Part shown: piece after piece, positions 63,029 to 64,000 of the stretch | Position numbering within the stretch: the stretch's first letter is position 1 | Layout of the letters: every line of letters starts with the position of its first letter | Made by a program: the position numbers and the translations under genes | The notes under the pieces: generated by a model | Told to the model about the DNA's origin: nothing | Seen by the model: only the letters and a program-made list of their open reading frames with translations | Databases searched by the model: none | Origin: an uncultured Actinomycetes bacterium | GTDB lineage: Bacteria; Actinomycetota; Acidimicrobiia; IMCC26256; DASPTH01 | NCBI GenBank assembly: GCA_963809795.1 | Contig: CAWELN010000011.1 | Location: 38,418-102,417 of the forward strand | DNA length: 64,000 nt | Direction: 5' to 3'

Positions 63029-64000
63029 ATGCGCGCCTGGCAGGTGCAGGGCGCGGGCGAGCCGGCCGCGGTGCTGCACCTGGTCGAGCGGGAGCCCCCG
63101 GAGCCGGGTCCCGGCGAGGTCCGGATCCGCGTCACCGCGGCCGGGCTCGGGCTGCCCGACGTGTTCATGTGCCGCGGCACCTACCCGCTCACGCCGCCGT
63201 TGCCGTTCACCTCCGGGCAGGAGGCGACCGGCACCGTCACCGCGGTGGGCGAGGGCGTCCGCCTCTCGGTGGGTGACCGCATCATGTGCGTCACGTCGTT
63301 CATCGGCGGCAACGGGTCGTTCGCCGAGGAGTGCCTGGCGGCGGCGGACGGTGCGTTCCCCGTTCCGGAGGGGCTCACCGACGCCGAGGCGGCCGGCTTC
63401 TGGATCCCACACCTCACCGGCTGGATCGGGCTCGTCGACCGGGGCCGGCTGGTCGAGGGTGACTGGTTGGCCGTGCTCGGTGCGGGCGGAGGGAGCGGGA
63501 TCGCCGCGGTCCAGCTCGGCCGCGCGCTCGGCGCCCGCGTCGTCGCCATCGTGAGCGACGAGGAGCGGGCCGCGTTCTGCCGCCGCCTCGGTGCCGAGGC
63601 GACGATCAACCACCGCGACGGGCCCCTCGCGCCCGCGCTCCGCGACCTCACCGATGGGCGCGGCATCGACCTGCTCTACGACCCGGTCGGTGGTCCGCTC
63701 GCCGAGGACGCGACCCGGGCGCTCGCGCGCTACGGCCGCCTGCTCGCGGTCGGCTTCGCCAGCGGCGAGTGGCCACGGCCGGCGACCCACGACCTGGTGA
63801 TCACCAACACGTCGCTGGTGGGTGTGTTCGCGGGTGGCTACTCCCGCCGCGAGCTCGACGCCATCCACGCGCACCTCGCCGACCTCGTGCGCGACGGTCG
63901 GCTCCGCAACGCGGTCACCGCCGAGGTCCCGTTCGCGGAGCTGCCGCAGGCGCTCCAGCGTCTGGCCGACCGGGAAGTGGTCGGCAAGCTCGTGATGGTG
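63029..64000 (+). CDS. quinone oxidoreductase/zinc-type alcohol dehydrogenase (MDR superfamily), 3' truncated by the window edge
   Basis: Not in the ORF track because no stop is reached. ATG 63029: MRAWQVQGAGEP...PGPGEVRIRVTAAGLGLPDVFMCRGTYP...VLGAGGGSGIAAVQL...EVVGKLVMV. Open to nt 64000. Confidence 0.85.
   Translation, partial: MRAWQVQGAGEPAAVLHLVEREPPEPGPGEVRIRVTAAGLGLPDVFMCRGTYPLTPPLPFTSGQEATGTVTAVGEGVRLSVGDRIMCVTSFIGGNGSFAEECLAAADGAFPVPEGLTDAEAAGFWIPHLTGWIGLVDRGRLVEGDWLAVLGAGGGSGIAAVQLGRALGARVVAIVSDEERAAFCRRLGAEATINHRDGPLAPALRDLTDGRGIDLLYDPVGGPLAEDATRALARYGRLLAVGFASGEWPRPATHDLVITNTSLVGVFAGGYSRRELDAIHAHLADLVRDGRLRNAVTAEVPFAELPQALQRLADREVVGKLVMV

Noticed and set aside
1-64000. Search by eye for tRNA, rRNA, CRISPR arrays, IS elements, integrases, phage genes and toxin-antitoxin or known defence-system genes
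   Set aside because: No intergenic gap is long enough or shows tRNA-like T-arm (GGTTCGAAT-type) sequences. There are no regularly spaced repeats and no transposase, integrase or recombinase-like ORFs. No known defence-system domain was recognised. Absence is by visual inspection only; tRNAscan, Infernal, CRISPR and defence-system HMM scans would be needed to confirm it.

Overview
High-GC (roughly 70% by eye), gene-dense, actinobacterial-type chromosomal segment with about 60 protein-coding genes. I could not recognise any rRNA, tRNA, CRISPR array, transposase or integrase. I picked true reading frames from the six-frame track by protein-like composition and family motifs. Arg/Pro/Gly/Ala-rich shadow ORFs, typical of high-GC DNA, were discarded. 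Content in order: the 3' end of a vWA/TROVE (Ro60-like) gene, NDH-2, and a classical family-1 encapsulin operon (EncFtn cargo plus shell). This is followed by a long run of small catabolic/detox operons: SDRs, an aldo-keto reductase, three paralogous amidohydrolase_2 genes, two P450s, two PhyH dioxygenases, TauD, a copper amine oxidase-amidase operon, three acyl-CoA ligases, a DUF35/SCPx-thiolase pair, an MMPL transporter, D-aminoacylase plus BKACE, an Ogt-AlkA fusion, and an ArsR-ArsC fusion plus ChrA. Several of these operons have a local regulator (MarR, wHTH, MerR, TetR, ArsR) and a visible operator-like repeat. Three observations stand out. (i) At 13.6-18.3 kb, a PhnZ/TmpB-like HD-domain oxygenase is translationally coupled to a GMC flavoprotein and faces a PhyH dioxygenase + NPP-type phosphodiesterase operon; this is a candidate non-canonical oxidative organophosphonate (C-P) module. 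(ii) Next to it, at 18.4-26.3 kb, lies a Liv-type ABC importer with unusual architecture: a 12-TM MFS domain fused to the LivF-like ATPase, LivH-LivM-LivG fused into one chain, and two tandem paralogous binding proteins. (iii) There are four single-base frameshifts, three of them inside this same locus. All functional calls were made by eye from motifs and colinearity with remembered family members; no database search or computation was possible.
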